The notes: generated by a model from the letters alone, not told the origin. Positions 11,201 to 20,995 are shown, counted from the first letter of the stretch. The stretch: DNA of 64,000 nt from Gemmatimonadota bacterium (GCA_003248075.1 QJYK01000207.1:4603-68602), one strand, 5' to 3'. Numbers and translations are program-made.

Positions 11201-11569
11201 GCCGAGGGGTTCCGTCGCCTCGGCCTCGGGCCCGTGATCGGAATGCGCACCTGGGGTGGCGAGATCTGGCTGGGCAGCAGCAACCGGCTCACCGACGACG
11301 GCTTCGCCCGGGCCCCGTCCACGGGCGTTTACGGCCCCGAGGGCGAGTGGCTCATCGAGCAGGTGGGTGTCGAGCCGGACATCGTGGTGGACAACCTGCC
11401 GCACGCCACATTCAACGGGGAGGACGCGCAGCTGGACGCGGCGATCCGATACCTGCAGGAGAAGATCGCCGAGGATCCGAGGGCCGTTCCTCCCCCCCCG
11501 CCCTATCCCGACCGCGGCTTCCGCTACCGGGCCGACGACGGCGGGCGCTCGGGAAACGGGGGGCGCTGA
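8261..11569 (+). CDS. Tricorn protease (S41 family, PDZ domain)
   Basis: Signal peptide, beta-propeller repeats, GELSALH, IGYVHL, DVRRNSGG, catalytic ASDGE, RTWGG. Confidence 0.95.
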   Translation: MHARLLAALVALATLPLSTLAQSPALPDGALGLYRYPALHGDRIVFAAEGDLWRVSVTGGLAQRLTTHLADERDPVISPDGRTVAFTARYEGPAEVYTMPIDGGLPVRRTYEPELSLATAWRPDGRLVYTTTHYSTLPQNQLVALDLASGASERIPLYTASEGSWDASGQTLYFVRPAFHNNVTKRYVGGTARDIWKFERAASEAVELTGDYAGESHSPMWYDGRVYFVSDRDGTMNLWSMDESGGSLRQLTRHSGWDVKEPDLQDGRIVYQLGADLRLFDIGSGRDALVPITLASDLEQLREKWIDTPLEYLTSAHLDPDGSHVVLTARGRVFVAPTGAGRLVRASVKEGVRYRDVTFLPDGETLLGLSDASGEFEWVTLPAAGVGQEHALTRDGEVLRYGGAVSPDGARLAYVDHHRDLWVLELASGRQRAINGQREGAGDPAWSADSRWLAFSETAPNTFAQIKLYDTRNGEVTTVTSDRVNSVAPAWDAEGDFLYFLSDRNLTSSVGQPWGSRQPEPYFDNQWEIYQIGLRPGVRSPFRPHDELAPGGSGDAGTAGGDRGSPTGRAPTPVEIALEGIAMRLARVPVPAGNYGNLSANATALFFQSREAGQFGGGALVAVPFAGDEHASVTVAENVQGYELSGDGKKLLLRQRNALSVVDARAQKPASLADARIDLSGWSFPIDVREDWRQIFVDAWRMERDYFYDPGMHGVDWVGVRDKYLPLVERVTTREELSDVIGRVIGELSALHTSVRGGDMRQGEDDISVATLGARLERDAGAGGWRIDYVYRSDPDYPEELSPLADPSVDVREGDVIEQVNGVATLDVPHIGALLRNQGGKQVRLRVRARGAEARDVVVTATTSEQSLRYSDWEYTRRLKVEEDGDGRIGYVHLRAMSGGNLTEWYRNFYPVFDRQGLIIDVRRNSGGNIDSFILEKLMRRAWMYWQDNVGAPSWNMQYAFRGHMVVLVDQNTASDGEAFAEGFRRLGLGPVIGMRTWGGEIWLGSSNRLTDDGFARAPSTGVYGPEGEWLIEQVGVEPDIVVDNLPHATFNGEDAQLDAAIRYLQEKIAEDPRAVPPPPPYPDRGFRYRADDGGRSGNGGR

Positions 11570-11633
11570 CCGACCGACCCCGAAGCTGGCGGGCAGGCCG
11601 GCTCCCACACCGCGGAGCCGGCCGCCCCCACGG

Positions 11634-12725
11634 TCAGAAGTGCAGGTAGGTCTGGAGCTTGAGCCCCCAGATCGTCTCTCCGGCCTGCGGGTGCCACATG
11701 TCGACGTTGGCGGCGACCTTGTTCCGACCCTCGAAATGGACGACGAGCCCGGGGGTGAGCAGGAGCCCGCCGTCGGAGCGCGCGTCGCGGTCGGGATCAC
11801 CCCAGCTCACGCGTCCGACCGGCTCGATCGCGCGCACCCTCCCGTCGTCGCTCAGAGGGATACGGTAGGTCGTGATTCCCTGCCACGCGACGTATCGGCT
11901 CTCTTCGCCGCCGGCGTCCAGGTTCATCCAGTTCTGGCCGGAAAGGACGGCGGCCTGGACGTGGAGGCCCCGCTCGAAATTCCCCAGCTCCACGTCCACG
12001 CTCACCGACGGCGCGTGCGCATCGGCCAGCGTGATCGGGTTCGGATAGTCGTGGACGCTGGCATTGGCGCCCAGCTTGAGGTCGGCCCGGGGGAGCCACT
12101 CCAGCCGAGCCGCCACGGACTTGGCGTCGTTCTCCTCGCGTCGGTTGGGGCCAGAACCGTTGGTCACGCTGAGGAGGTAGTCGAGCCTTCCGCCGGCGAG
12201 CTCGCCCTCCACCAGCACGCCCACGTCCAGGGAAGACAGCTGGAGCCGCTCGCTGAAGCGAGAGAAGCTGCACACGCCTCCGATCCCCGCGCAGGGCTCG
12301 ACGCCCCGCACGTTGCCGTCGCGCTCCACCACGAGGATGCCCGAAGACGGGGTCAGCTCGAAGAGATCGAACGCCCGCTTGAACTGGCCGAAGGAGAGCC
12401 GCGCCCTTGGGCTCGGCGACAGGCGCACGAACGCGTAGCGCGCGACCGCCCCCTCGCCGGCCACATCGACGTGCACGACGCCGTCGATCCAGTCGTTGAA
12501 TCGGGTCGCCACCCAGATGCGGGCGCGGCGCACCAGGAGCTCCGAGGAGACCTCGCCATCGGCGCTGGTCGTGTTCAGCTGAAAGTGGAGCCGGCCTCCG
12601 AGCTCGGTCCGCTCCACCGGCTCCCTGGGCTCGACGGCCTGAGCGGCGAGGGCGGTCGCCGCCGGCCCGGCGAGGGTGCTCAGGATGAGGACACGGGCGG
12701 TGCGGTGGATTCGGCTTCGGGGCAT
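11634..12725 (-). CDS. Phosphate-selective porin O/P-like outer-membrane barrel
   Basis: Start at MPRSRIH, inside a longer tracked ORF; signal peptide, VRRARI, GQFKRAF, NGSGPN..END.K and terminal YLHF (BAM signature). Confidence 0.85.
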   Translation of the reverse strand: MPRSRIHRTARVLILSTLAGPAATALAAQAVEPREPVERTELGGRLHFQLNTTSADGEVSSELLVRRARIWVATRFNDWIDGVVHVDVAGEGAVARYAFVRLSPSPRARLSFGQFKRAFDLFELTPSSGILVVERDGNVRGVEPCAGIGGVCSFSRFSERLQLSSLDVGVLVEGELAGGRLDYLLSVTNGSGPNRREENDAKSVAARLEWLPRADLKLGANASVHDYPNPITLADAHAPSVSVDVELGNFERGLHVQAAVLSGQNWMNLDAGGEESRYVAWQGITTYRIPLSDDGRVRAIEPVGRVSWGDPDRDARSDGGLLLTPGLVVHFEGRNKVAANVDMWHPQAGETIWGLKLQTYLHF

Positions 12726-12795
12726 GGTGGATGGCGAAGGAGTCGACGACAAAGGCGGTGAAGCTAGAGGCAGCCCGTCCGTGCGCAATCCGTGG

Positions 12796-13974
12796 CTAGC
12801 GTGAGGACACCCACTGCCGAGCGAGCTCGACCACGTGGTCCACGTCGGACGCGTCGTTATAGACCCCGATCGACATGCGTAGCACGCCCTTGCGGACAGA
12901 CAAGCGCACACCGCCGTCCGTGAGATGGCGGTAGAGGTCCGCGAGCGCGGGGTCGTCCACCGTGTCGTGGTGGCCCTCGCCCGCACGGCCCACGGCCACG
13001 ATGTGCGCGAGATGCTGTCCGGGTGGCCCGCCGACGACCGGCAGACCGAGCCGGAGGAGGCCCTCGGCCAGCCGTGCCGCCAGACCCCGCACGTGCTCCT
13101 CGACCCGACCGATGCCGATCTCGTGAAGGAGGTCGAGTGCGGTCGCGGCGGCGCGCGCCCCCAGATAGTTGAAGTTGCCCAGGTCGAACCGTCGCGCGCC
13201 GGCCGCGTACGGAAGCGCGCCGTCGCTTCGCGCGGTCTCTCCCGACTCGGTGCCGAGATCCATCCCGTAGCGGGCGACGTGGGACGGTCGGAGCGCCTCG
13301 GCAACCTCCCTCCGCACGTACAGGAACCCCAGGCCGTACAAGGACAGGAGTGCCTTCTGCGTCGCGACCGCCAGGGCGTCCACACCCAGGTCCTCGACGT
13401 CGGTACGGATGGCCCCCACGGACTGGGCCGCGTCCACCAGGACGAGCGCGCCACGCGCGCGTGCCCCATCGGACACGGCGCGCACGTCGGTTCGGAATCC
13501 CGGCGAGAACGAGACGTGCGGGACCGTGACCACCCGCGTGCGTCGGTCGATCGCTTCGAGGATCGACCCCACGTCGATCGTGCCCCCGGTCGGTGGCACG
13601 GCCCGCACTTCGATTCCGCGCGTGGCCCGCAGGTTGTACCAGAGGAAGACGTTGTTGGGGTGCTCGACCTCGGGACAGATGACCACGTTGTCTCCCCGTT
13701 CCCACGGGAGGCTCGAGGCGAACAGGTTGAGGCCCTCCGACACGTTCTTGGTCACCGCCACCTCGTCGGCGGACGCGCCCAGGAGGGACGCCAGTCGGGA
13801 CCGGGCCCGCTCCACGTGTCCCTGGAAGTCGGCCTTGTCGCCCGAACCCATCACCCGCTCCCTCAGGTGCGCCTGGGCGGCCTCGGCGACGGGGGTGGGG
13901 ACGAGCCCGCGCAGCGCGACGTCCAGGTAGACCTGACCCTGGACGCCTGGAAAGAGCGCGCGGATCTCGTTCAC
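12796..13974 (-). CDS. Class V PLP-dependent aminotransferase-fold enzyme
   Basis: RALFP..VYLD, NVSEGLN, EHPNN, VDAAQSVG, PLP lysine in ATQKALL, RMSIGVYN. Confidence 0.9.
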   Translation of the reverse strand: MNEIRALFPGVQGQVYLDVALRGLVPTPVAEAAQAHLRERVMGSGDKADFQGHVERARSRLASLLGASADEVAVTKNVSEGLNLFASSLPWERGDNVVICPEVEHPNNVFLWYNLRATRGIEVRAVPPTGGTIDVGSILEAIDRRTRVVTVPHVSFSPGFRTDVRAVSDGARARGALVLVDAAQSVGAIRTDVEDLGVDALAVATQKALLSLYGLGFLYVRREVAEALRPSHVARYGMDLGTESGETARSDGALPYAAGARRFDLGNFNYLGARAAATALDLLHEIGIGRVEEHVRGLAARLAEGLLRLGLPVVGGPPGQHLAHIVAVGRAGEGHHDTVDDPALADLYRHLTDGGVRLSVRKGVLRMSIGVYNDASDVDHVVELARQWVSSR

Positions 13975-15163
13975 CGGTGCGGGTCCCCGCGCATCGCCCC
14001 CTCGGATCGAGCCACCAGGATGGTGCCCACCATGTCCCCCATCACGTTCACGGTCGTGATGCCCATGTCGACCAATCGGTAGATGCCGCCCACGATCGCA
14101 GCGAGCTCCAGGGGGAGCCCCATCGCCTGGATGAGAATGAGGGAGACGACGAATCCTCCCGCCGGGATCCCCCCCGAGCCCGCAGAGAGGCCAGCTCTCC
14201 GGGTCCGAGATCGACGCCCGACGCCTGCGCCGTGAAGAGCACCACGGTCATGAGCAGGATCGCGGTGCCGTCCTTGTTCACCTGGGCGCCCAGGGGCAGC
14301 GTGAACGAGTAGACGGGCCGCGGCAGTCGGAGCCCTTCGGCGACCTCGAGCGCGACCGACAGCGAGGCCAACGAGGATGTCGTCGCCGCCGTGGTGGCCC
14401 ACAGCGGCCCCGTGCGCTGGAGAAAAGGCAGGGGGCGCCAGCCCACGACGCGAAGGAGGGTGAGGTAGAGGGTGACCATGACGAGCTGCGCACCCCACAC
14501 ACCGCCCACGAAGCGCGCCATGGACCCGAAGAGCTCCGCTCCGTAACGGCCCACGGTCACCGCCATCAGCGCGCCGATCCCGTACGGCGCGACTCCCAGG
14601 ATCAGGTCGACCAACCTCCTGAAGAGGTCCGCCAGGTCCGCGTAGAGCTGGCGGAGCCGGTCCCGCGGTCCCTCGGGCAGACGGAGCGTCGCCAGGCCGA
14701 CGATCGCGGCCACGACCACGATCTGAGCGACGTTTCCGTCCGCGAAGGCGCGAAAGACGTTCGAGGGCACGAGGTCGAGCAGGACGTCGGAGAAGGACGG
14801 GACCGCGGCCACGTCACCTCCGAGCTGGGCGCCCGTGGTCATACCCTGACCGGGCCGCAGGAGACCGGCGGTCGCAAGCCCGAGGCACAAGGCGATCACC
14901 GTCGTGACCAGGTAGAAGCCGAGGATCTTGGCCGCCAGCCGCCCGAGGGTTCCCACGTCGGTGAGGGCCGTCAGCCCGGCGAGGAGGTTGGCGAAGACCA
15001 GCGGCAGCGCGGCGAGCATGAGGAGGCGGATGAACAGTTCACCCACGGGCTCGATGGGGACGACGCGAGCGCCGAGCGCGGCACCGAGCCCGGCACCGGC
15101 CACCATGCCGATGAGGATCCGCGTGCCGAGACCGAGCCGACGGGGGAAGAAGTGTTCCGTCAT
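13971..15163 (-). pseudogene. Dicarboxylate/amino acid:cation symporter (DAACS), frameshifted near 14190
   Basis: The N-terminal part (TTSSLASL, LPLGAQVNKDGT) is in ORF 14048..15163. The C-terminal part (LSAGSGGIP..YRLVDMGITTVNVMGD) is in ORF 13971..14498, in another frame. A true lesion cannot be distinguished from an assembly error. Confidence 0.8.
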
Positions 15164-15207
15164 CGGAAGAACTTGCGCGGCGCCGGACGCGCGCGCGAGA
15201 GTGCCCC

Positions 15208-15708
15208 ATGGACCTCCGGCTGCGCCCTCTCGTGGCGATCCTCGACGTGAACACGCGGCTGTTCCGGAACTGTCTTCGCGACGTCGACGAAGAGGGTGCG
15301 CTCACGCGCATCGACGCGCGCACCAACCACCTGTCGTTCCTCGCCTGCCACCTGGTGGGCGCCCGTGCCTACCTGGCAGGTGCCTTGGGGGGCGATGGAT
15401 CCGACCCGTTCGCCCACCTGACGGGCGATGCGCGGACCATCGAGGAGGTTCCCCGGTTCCCGTCGGTAGCCGAGGTGCTCGAAGCCTGGGAGGCCGTGAC
15501 GGCGCGGCTCATGGACCGCATGCGGCGGCTGGGCCGGGCCGAGCTGGACGCCGAGGCGCCCGCACGCTTTCCGGTCGACGACCCCACCGTGCTCGGAATG
15601 CTGGCATTCCTCATGCAGCACGACGCCTACCACGTCGGCCAGATGGCCCTCCTGCGGAAGCACGTCGGCCTCGGGGCCATGGAGTACGGTGAACCGGAGG
15701 AACGATGA
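15208..15708 (+). CDS. DinB/YfiT-family protein
   Basis: NHLSFLACHL and HDAYHVGQMALLRK metal-binding His motifs. Confidence 0.88.
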   Translation: MDLRLRPLVAILDVNTRLFRNCLRDVDEEGALTRIDARTNHLSFLACHLVGARAYLAGALGGDGSDPFAHLTGDARTIEEVPRFPSVAEVLEAWEAVTARLMDRMRRLGRAELDAEAPARFPVDDPTVLGMLAFLMQHDAYHVGQMALLRKHVGLGAMEYGEPEER

Positions 15709-15926
15709 AGAAGCTTCTCCTGACCGTTCTGGTGGGCGGCACGGTCGCCTGCGGCGGCTCGCGGAGCGCCGAGGCGCGCACCGCGGTGGATACCCTCACG
15801 CGGCGGCAGAAGGACAGTCTCGTCTCCACCATGCCGATCCCGGGCGCGTCCCGGATCCGCGACGCTCAGAAGGCGTCCGACGCGCAGCGCGCACGAAACG
15901 CCCTGCTGGACTCACTGGCGCGCTGA
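15705..15926 (+). CDS. Small hypothetical lipoprotein (73 aa)
   Basis: GGAGG RBS, ATGA overlap with the DinB gene, MKKLLLTVLVGGTVAC lipobox. Confidence 0.75.
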   Translation: MKKLLLTVLVGGTVACGGSRSAEARTAVDTLTRRQKDSLVSTMPIPGASRIRDAQKASDAQRARNALLDSLAR

Positions 15927-15965
15927 TCCACGGCGCCCGCCGCCCGCGTGCCGGCGTGGTGCCCG

Positions 15966-16250
15966 TCAGTCCCGGGTGCGCGGAAGCTCCCGTGCCTTCC
16001 TCTCCTCACCGGCGAGGAGCCGCTCCGTGAAGTCCTGGCGCTCCTCCATGAGTCGCAGGCGAGCGTTCATGGTCTCGAGAAGATCCCGGATCTGACCGAC
16101 GTCGCTTTCGAGGCCCTGCTGCTTGTCCCTGGCGTACAGCTCCAGGAGCTCGCTGATACGCTTCGCGATCGGGCGCAGGACCGCGACGCCCCCCACGGTG
16201 AGGATGAAGACGATCGAAACGATCATCGGGGCGATCACTTCCCAGTCCAT
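15966..16250 (-). CDS. Hypothetical protein with one TM helix and a coiled coil
   Basis: GGAG RBS, TM helix followed by heptad-like RLRLMEERQDFTERLL. Confidence 0.75.
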   Translation of the reverse strand: MDWEVIAPMIVSIVFILTVGGVAVLRPIAKRISELLELYARDKQQGLESDVGQIRDLLETMNARLRLMEERQDFTERLLAGEERKARELPRTRD

Positions 16251-16381
16251 GGCATCTCCGATCCGCGGTGCGAGGCGGCGTTCTCCTCACCTACGAGCGC
16301 CGCCGCCGGCCGTTCCAAGCTCCGTCGGGGACGCGCCGGGCGCAACGGCGGTCGCCCAGGCCCGCCGGTGTGGGGCGGACG

Positions 16382-16534
16382 TCAGGCGGGCCCGTCGTCG
16401 TCGTCCATGAGGATGCGCAGGGGCGGGTCGTCGAGGTCGTCGAACTGTCCGTCCCGGGCGGCGCGCAGGAAGAGAATCAGAAAGACGGCGGCCAACCCCA
16501 GGGCGATCGGCACCAGGAAGAGCAGCGAGTTCAC
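16382..16534 (-). CDS. ccoS: cbb3-type oxidase maturation protein CcoS/FixS
   Basis: GTG overlaps the ccoI stop; TM helix then GQFDDLDDPPLRIL. Confidence 0.92.
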   Translation of the reverse strand: MNSLLFLVPIALGLAAVFLILFLRAARDGQFDDLDDPPLRILMDDDDGPA

Positions 16535-18858
16535 GCGCCCCCCTCGCGACGACGGACCTCCGCCTCGACGCGCGAAGATCCCCATACGACCATCGCGCTC
16601 GACAGCGGCATGAGGACCGCTGCCACCAACGGGTTCACCCAGCCCAGCGCGGCCGCTCCGACGGCGACGATGTTGTAGCCGACGGACCGGGCCTGGTTCC
16701 TCCGGATCGCGCTGCGGCAGGCCTTGCTCGCCTGGATGCCCGTGACGAGGGGCAGCAGCGAGCCACCCGCCAGGACGCCGTCGGCCACGAGGATGCTGGT
16801 GGCCGAACCCGTGCCCATCGCGACTGCGACATCCGCGGCTGCGAGTGCGGGGCCGTCGTTCAGCCCGTCACCCGCGAACAGCACCCTCCGCCCACGGGCG
16901 CGAAGTGCCCGGATCATCGCGGCCTTTTCCTCCGGACCCGCCGCGGCCCGGACGTCGTCGATGCCGGTCGCACGCGCGATGCGGTTGGCCACCCGCTCCC
17001 GGTCGCCCGTGAGGAGCGTCACCTCCACCCCCAGCTCCCGCAGCCGACGCACGGCTTCGCCCGAGTCGTGCCGCAGGTTGTCCCCGAGGCGGAGCAGACC
17101 CGCGTACCCGTCGGGCCCCTCGAGGAGCAGGGCGTCGGGACCGCCGGACCGGAGGCTCCAGCACACGCCATCCACGAGCCCCGAGATCCCGACGCCCGCC
17201 ACCTCCACCACCTCGCTCGCGGAGGGCAGCGGGATCTCTCTCGCCGCCGCCTCCCGCACCACGGCCGCGGCTACCGGATGCCGGGAGTGACGCTCGAGCC
17301 CCGCGGCCACCCGAAGGTCTGCGTCGCGGGCGGAGACCACCTCGAATGCTCCGGCGGTCACCGTGCCGGTCTTGTCGAGCACGACCTGATCCACCACGGC
17401 GAGCTCGAGCAGTGCGTCGGCCGAGCGGAAGAGCAGGCCGCGACGGGCGACCGCTCCCAGTCCCGCGGCCGCGGCGAGGGGCCGCGACAACGCCAGGGCG
17501 CACGGGCACGCGACGACCAGGACCGCGATGGTGGCAGACAGCGCCGCGCCGGGATCCCCCAGGCGGGTCCACGCGACGAAGGTGCCACAGGCTATGGCGA
17601 GCGTGGCCGACGTGAACCATGGCGCGATGCGATCGGTGGAGGACGGCCGGGAGCCCCGGTCGGCGGCGCTACGAAGCTCCTCCGCCATGCGTCGCACGAC
17701 GGTGTCGTCCGCAGCCTCCGTGACGTCGACCGTCAGCGATCCGTCCACCACGACCGTCGCGGCCCAGACCCGGCCGCCCGCGGACACCTCCACCGGCGCC
17801 GACTCGCCGGTGAGGAGCGCCATGCGCACGCTGGCGCGACCCTCGACCGCGACGCCGTCCGCCGGCACCTCGTCCCCCGCAGAAACCACGATTCGGTCAC
17901 CCGGCCTCAGGCGCTCCGACGAGACCGTCTCGACGCGCGCGTCCACGAGTCGGCGGGCCGTGGGCGGCAGCGTCGCGGCGAGGGTCACGGCCGCCTCGGC
18001 GGCACGCCGCCGCCCTCGCGTCTCCATCAGTCGACCGGCCAGGAGGAGGGCCACGAGCATCGTCAGGGAGTCGAGGTAGGTGTCCCCTCCCCTCAGCGTG
18101 GCCCACCACCCCTGCGCGTACAGGATCACGATCGCCAAGGCGATCGGCACATCCATGTGCAGCGCGCGGTTGCGTAGGCCGGACCATGCCCCCGCGAAGA
18201 AGGGGGCGGCGCTCCAAGCGACGACGGGAGTGGCGAGGGCGAGCGACATCCACCGGAACAGCGCGGCGAAGCGCGCTTCCATGCCCGCCGTCCACCCCGC
18301 GTAGAGCGCGGCGGAGAACATCATCACGTTCACGGCGGCGAAGGCCGCCACGCCGAGCCGGAGTAGGAGGTCGCGGTCCGGACGGCCTTCCTCGCCGAGC
18401 ACCCGCGGACGGTAGCCCAGCGAGGCGATGCGGTCGGCCAGCTCGGAAAGTCGTACGGTGGCAGGGTCCCAGCGGAGCGTCGCCCGCCCGGTCGCGTAGC
18501 TCACCGTCGCTTCCGCGACGCCTCGCATCCTGCGCAGCACGCCCTCCGTGACCCACACGCACGATGCGCAACGCAGCCCGTCGATGGAGAGGCGGACGCT
18601 GCAGGTCCCATCCGCTCCGGCAGCCAGCGGTACGGCGTCCCACCCCCCCGGCATCGGCTCGGGACGCGGCGCGAACGCCTCCCGCTCCCGATAGTAGCGC
18701 TCGAGGCCGGCGCCGCGGATGATGGCATACGCCGCTTCGCACCCGGCGCAGCAAAAGGCATCACTCTCGCCCTCCACCACGGTTCCGCAGTGTGGGCAGC
18801 GCGAGGCGCCGCGGGTAGGCACCGCTGTGCCCGGCCTCAGAGTGGGTGCGAAGGCCAC
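16531..18858 (-). CDS. ccoI: Cu-translocating P1B-type ATPase CcoI/FixI
   Basis: CPHC..FCCAGC N-terminus, CASC HMA motif, TGES, CPC, DKTGT, GDGLND. Confidence 0.93.
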   Translation of the reverse strand: MAFAPTLRPGTAVPTRGASRCPHCGTVVEGESDAFCCAGCEAAYAIIRGAGLERYYREREAFAPRPEPMPGGWDAVPLAAGADGTCSVRLSIDGLRCASCVWVTEGVLRRMRGVAEATVSYATGRATLRWDPATVRLSELADRIASLGYRPRVLGEEGRPDRDLLLRLGVAAFAAVNVMMFSAALYAGWTAGMEARFAALFRWMSLALATPVVAWSAAPFFAGAWSGLRNRALHMDVPIALAIVILYAQGWWATLRGGDTYLDSLTMLVALLLAGRLMETRGRRRAAEAAVTLAATLPPTARRLVDARVETVSSERLRPGDRIVVSAGDEVPADGVAVEGRASVRMALLTGESAPVEVSAGGRVWAATVVVDGSLTVDVTEAADDTVVRRMAEELRSAADRGSRPSSTDRIAPWFTSATLAIACGTFVAWTRLGDPGAALSATIAVLVVACPCALALSRPLAAAAGLGAVARRGLLFRSADALLELAVVDQVVLDKTGTVTAGAFEVVSARDADLRVAAGLERHSRHPVAAAVVREAAAREIPLPSASEVVEVAGVGISGLVDGVCWSLRSGGPDALLLEGPDGYAGLLRLGDNLRHDSGEAVRRLRELGVEVTLLTGDRERVANRIARATGIDDVRAAAGPEEKAAMIRALRARGRRVLFAGDGLNDGPALAAADVAVAMGTGSATSILVADGVLAGGSLLPLVTGIQASKACRSAIRRNQARSVGYNIVAVGAAALGWVNPLVAAVLMPLSSAMVVWGSSRVEAEVRRREGGA

Positions 18859-18864
18859 GATCGG

Positions 18865-19047
18865 TCAGCGGTCCCCGTGCAGGTAGGACGGCGCCACCTC
18901 GTCGGCGCCCCGCACCGCGATCCAGATGAACGTCGCGTTCACGGCGATGACCACGGCCAGGGCAATGCCGATCGCGATCGGCCAAACGAGTTCGTGGCTC
19001 AACGTGAGGCGGCGCGCTGCCGTAACCCGCTCAGTCGTCCTGTCCAC
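18865..19047 (-). CDS. ccoH: Minimal CcoH/FixH-like protein (60 aa)
   Basis: Lies between ccoG and ccoI; WP..I TM helix followed by D.V..SY, as in FixH N-termini. Confidence 0.65.
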   Translation of the reverse strand: MDRTTERVTAARRLTLSHELVWPIAIGIALAVVIAVNATFIWIAVRGADEVAPSYLHGDR

Positions 19048-20383
19048 CCAGGCTCGCTCCGGTCTTGAAGGTGGTCGGGAGGAGCAGCTCCGCCGTCGGT
19101 GATGCCACCCGCACCGTGAACGGTACCGTTCGACGGTTCGCCGCCTCGCGGGGAAGCCGAACGATCAAGGGCAACGTCACGGTCTGTTCCGGAGCCAGGC
19201 GGACCGGCACGGCGGTGACCTCGGCGCGATCGAGACCGTCGATCGCGATGTCGTACTCGACCGGCAGCTCAGACGGTTCGTTGTTCGTGATCCGCAGCAG
19301 GTACGTGTTGCGCACGAATCCGTCCGCGTCCTCGGTGTACAGCGAACCCGGTGCCCTGTTCACCGATGCCTCGAACGGCACCCTCGCGAGCACCAACACC
19401 ACGGCCGCGGCGGTGAGCGCCGTCAGCATTCCCCCGTACACCAGCGTGCGGGGGCGTAGCGGGCGGGACTCACGCCCCTCGTCTGCGGCGATCGAGCTGT
19501 ACCGCACCAGGGTGGGTTGGTCGAACCGGCTCATGACGCTCTCGCAGGCGTCCACACAGCGCGCGCACTGGATGCATTCCAGCTGAAATCCGTCGCGTAT
19601 GTCGATCCCCTGAGGGCACACCACGACGCATTTCTGGCACGCGATGCACCCGCCCTCGGGGCCACGCTTGGGACCCCGGGGCTCACCTCGCTTCGTGTCA
19701 TAGGAGATCAACAGGGTCTCCTCGTCCGTCAGGGCGCTCTGGAAGCGGGCGTAAGGGCACAAAAAGATGCAGAACTGCTCCCTGAACCAGACGAAGTCCA
19801 CGAACCAGAGCGCAGAGAAGATCGCCACGAAGGCGTACGAGGCGGCGCTCGCCTGGCCCGTCCACAGCGGGCGGGCACCGGCGAACAGGCTGGTCATGGC
19901 CATGCCCAGCAGAAGAGACACGCCGAGGAAGGCGGCCCACTTGACGATCTTCCTCCAGGCCTTGTCGAGAGACAGCCCCTGTGCGTCCCTCCTCTTACGG
20001 CGCGTCCGGTCGCCTTCGGTCCACTGCTCGAGCGGTCGGATCCAACTCTCCAGGAAGACGGTCTGGGGACAGGCGTATCCGCACCATATACGCCCGAAGA
20101 TCGCGGTGAAGAAGAACAGGGAGAACGCCAGGAACAAGAGCAGCAGGACCAGAAAGATCGTGTCCGAAGGCGTGTAAATTGCGCCCATGAGGTGGACCCG
20201 ACGATGGGGCAGGTCCAGCAGGACCATCGGGTGACCCCTCACCGTGATCCACGGCGCCACGAACAGAGCGGCGTGCAGCAGCAGGAACGTCCACCGGCGC
20301 ACGCTGGTGAATGCCCCGTGGATCGACTGCGGGTAGACCCACTCCCTGGACCCGGACATGCCGGGTAGCCGGACGACCGACAC
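19031..20383 (-). CDS. ccoG: CcoG/FixG polyferredoxin membrane protein
   Basis: GRIWCGYACPQT, REQFCIFLCPY, CIACQKCVVVCP, CIQCARCVDAC. Confidence 0.95.
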   Translation of the reverse strand: MSVVRLPGMSGSREWVYPQSIHGAFTSVRRWTFLLLHAALFVAPWITVRGHPMVLLDLPHRRVHLMGAIYTPSDTIFLVLLLLFLAFSLFFFTAIFGRIWCGYACPQTVFLESWIRPLEQWTEGDRTRRKRRDAQGLSLDKAWRKIVKWAAFLGVSLLLGMAMTSLFAGARPLWTGQASAASYAFVAIFSALWFVDFVWFREQFCIFLCPYARFQSALTDEETLLISYDTKRGEPRGPKRGPEGGCIACQKCVVVCPQGIDIRDGFQLECIQCARCVDACESVMSRFDQPTLVRYSSIAADEGRESRPLRPRTLVYGGMLTALTAAAVVLVLARVPFEASVNRAPGSLYTEDADGFVRNTYLLRITNNEPSELPVEYDIAIDGLDRAEVTAVPVRLAPEQTVTLPLIVRLPREAANRRTVPFTVRVASPTAELLLPTTFKTGASLGGQDD

Positions 20384-20395
20384 GCCGAGCTCCGT

Positions 20396-20995
20396 TCAGC
20401 CCACGGGATCGCCGGCGGACCCCGACGGGTCGGGCACGGCGTCCTCGCCCGATCCGAGGATGTCCCCGAGCGGACGTCCCGTCGCTTCGCTGTTCTTCGT
20501 GATCACGTACGCCGCCACCTGATTGATCTGCTCAGGACTGAGGATCCCACCCCACGGGATCATTCCCTTGGCGGGAACGCCCTGCGTGATCGTGGTCAGG
20601 ATGTCCTTGGCCTGGCCTCCGTGCAGCCATTCGTCGTCGAGAAAGGTCGGCCCGATGCCCCCCTCGAGGTTCTGGCCATGACAGACCACGCAGTTCTGCT
20701 GGAATACGGCCTCACCCGCCGCGACCGCCTCGGCGGTCACCGCGAAGTCGGCCGCCGCCGCGGCCAGCGCCTCCGCCTGCGCAGGCCACCGCGCCTCCGC
20801 CGCCGTCATCTCCTCCGAGAGCCGCCTCGCCTGCGACCGGTCACCGATCACGTGGTACCAGAGACCGTAGCCGACTGCCCACAGGACCGTGAACCAGAAG
20901 AGGCCCACCCACCAATCCGGGAGCGGGTTGTCGTACTCGTCGATGCCGTCCGCCTCGTCCGCATGACCGAGCAGGCGATTGGTATCCTTGCTCAC
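20396..20995 (-). CDS. ccoP: cbb3 oxidase subunit III CcoP, single heme c
   Basis: GH..DGIDEYDNPLPDWW N-terminal motif, one CVVCH, axial Met in KGMIPW. Confidence 0.93.
   Translation of the reverse strand: MSKDTNRLLGHADEADGIDEYDNPLPDWWVGLFWFTVLWAVGYGLWYHVIGDRSQARRLSEEMTAAEARWPAQAEALAAAAADFAVTAEAVAAGEAVFQQNCVVCHGQNLEGGIGPTFLDDEWLHGGQAKDILTTITQGVPAKGMIPWGGILSPEQINQVAAYVITKNSEATGRPLGDILGSGEDAVPDPSGSAGDPVG

Noticed and set aside
12726..13469. N-terminal 247 aa of the 611-aa ORF
   Set aside because: Off-frame overlap with the aminotransferase; the porin starts at 12725.
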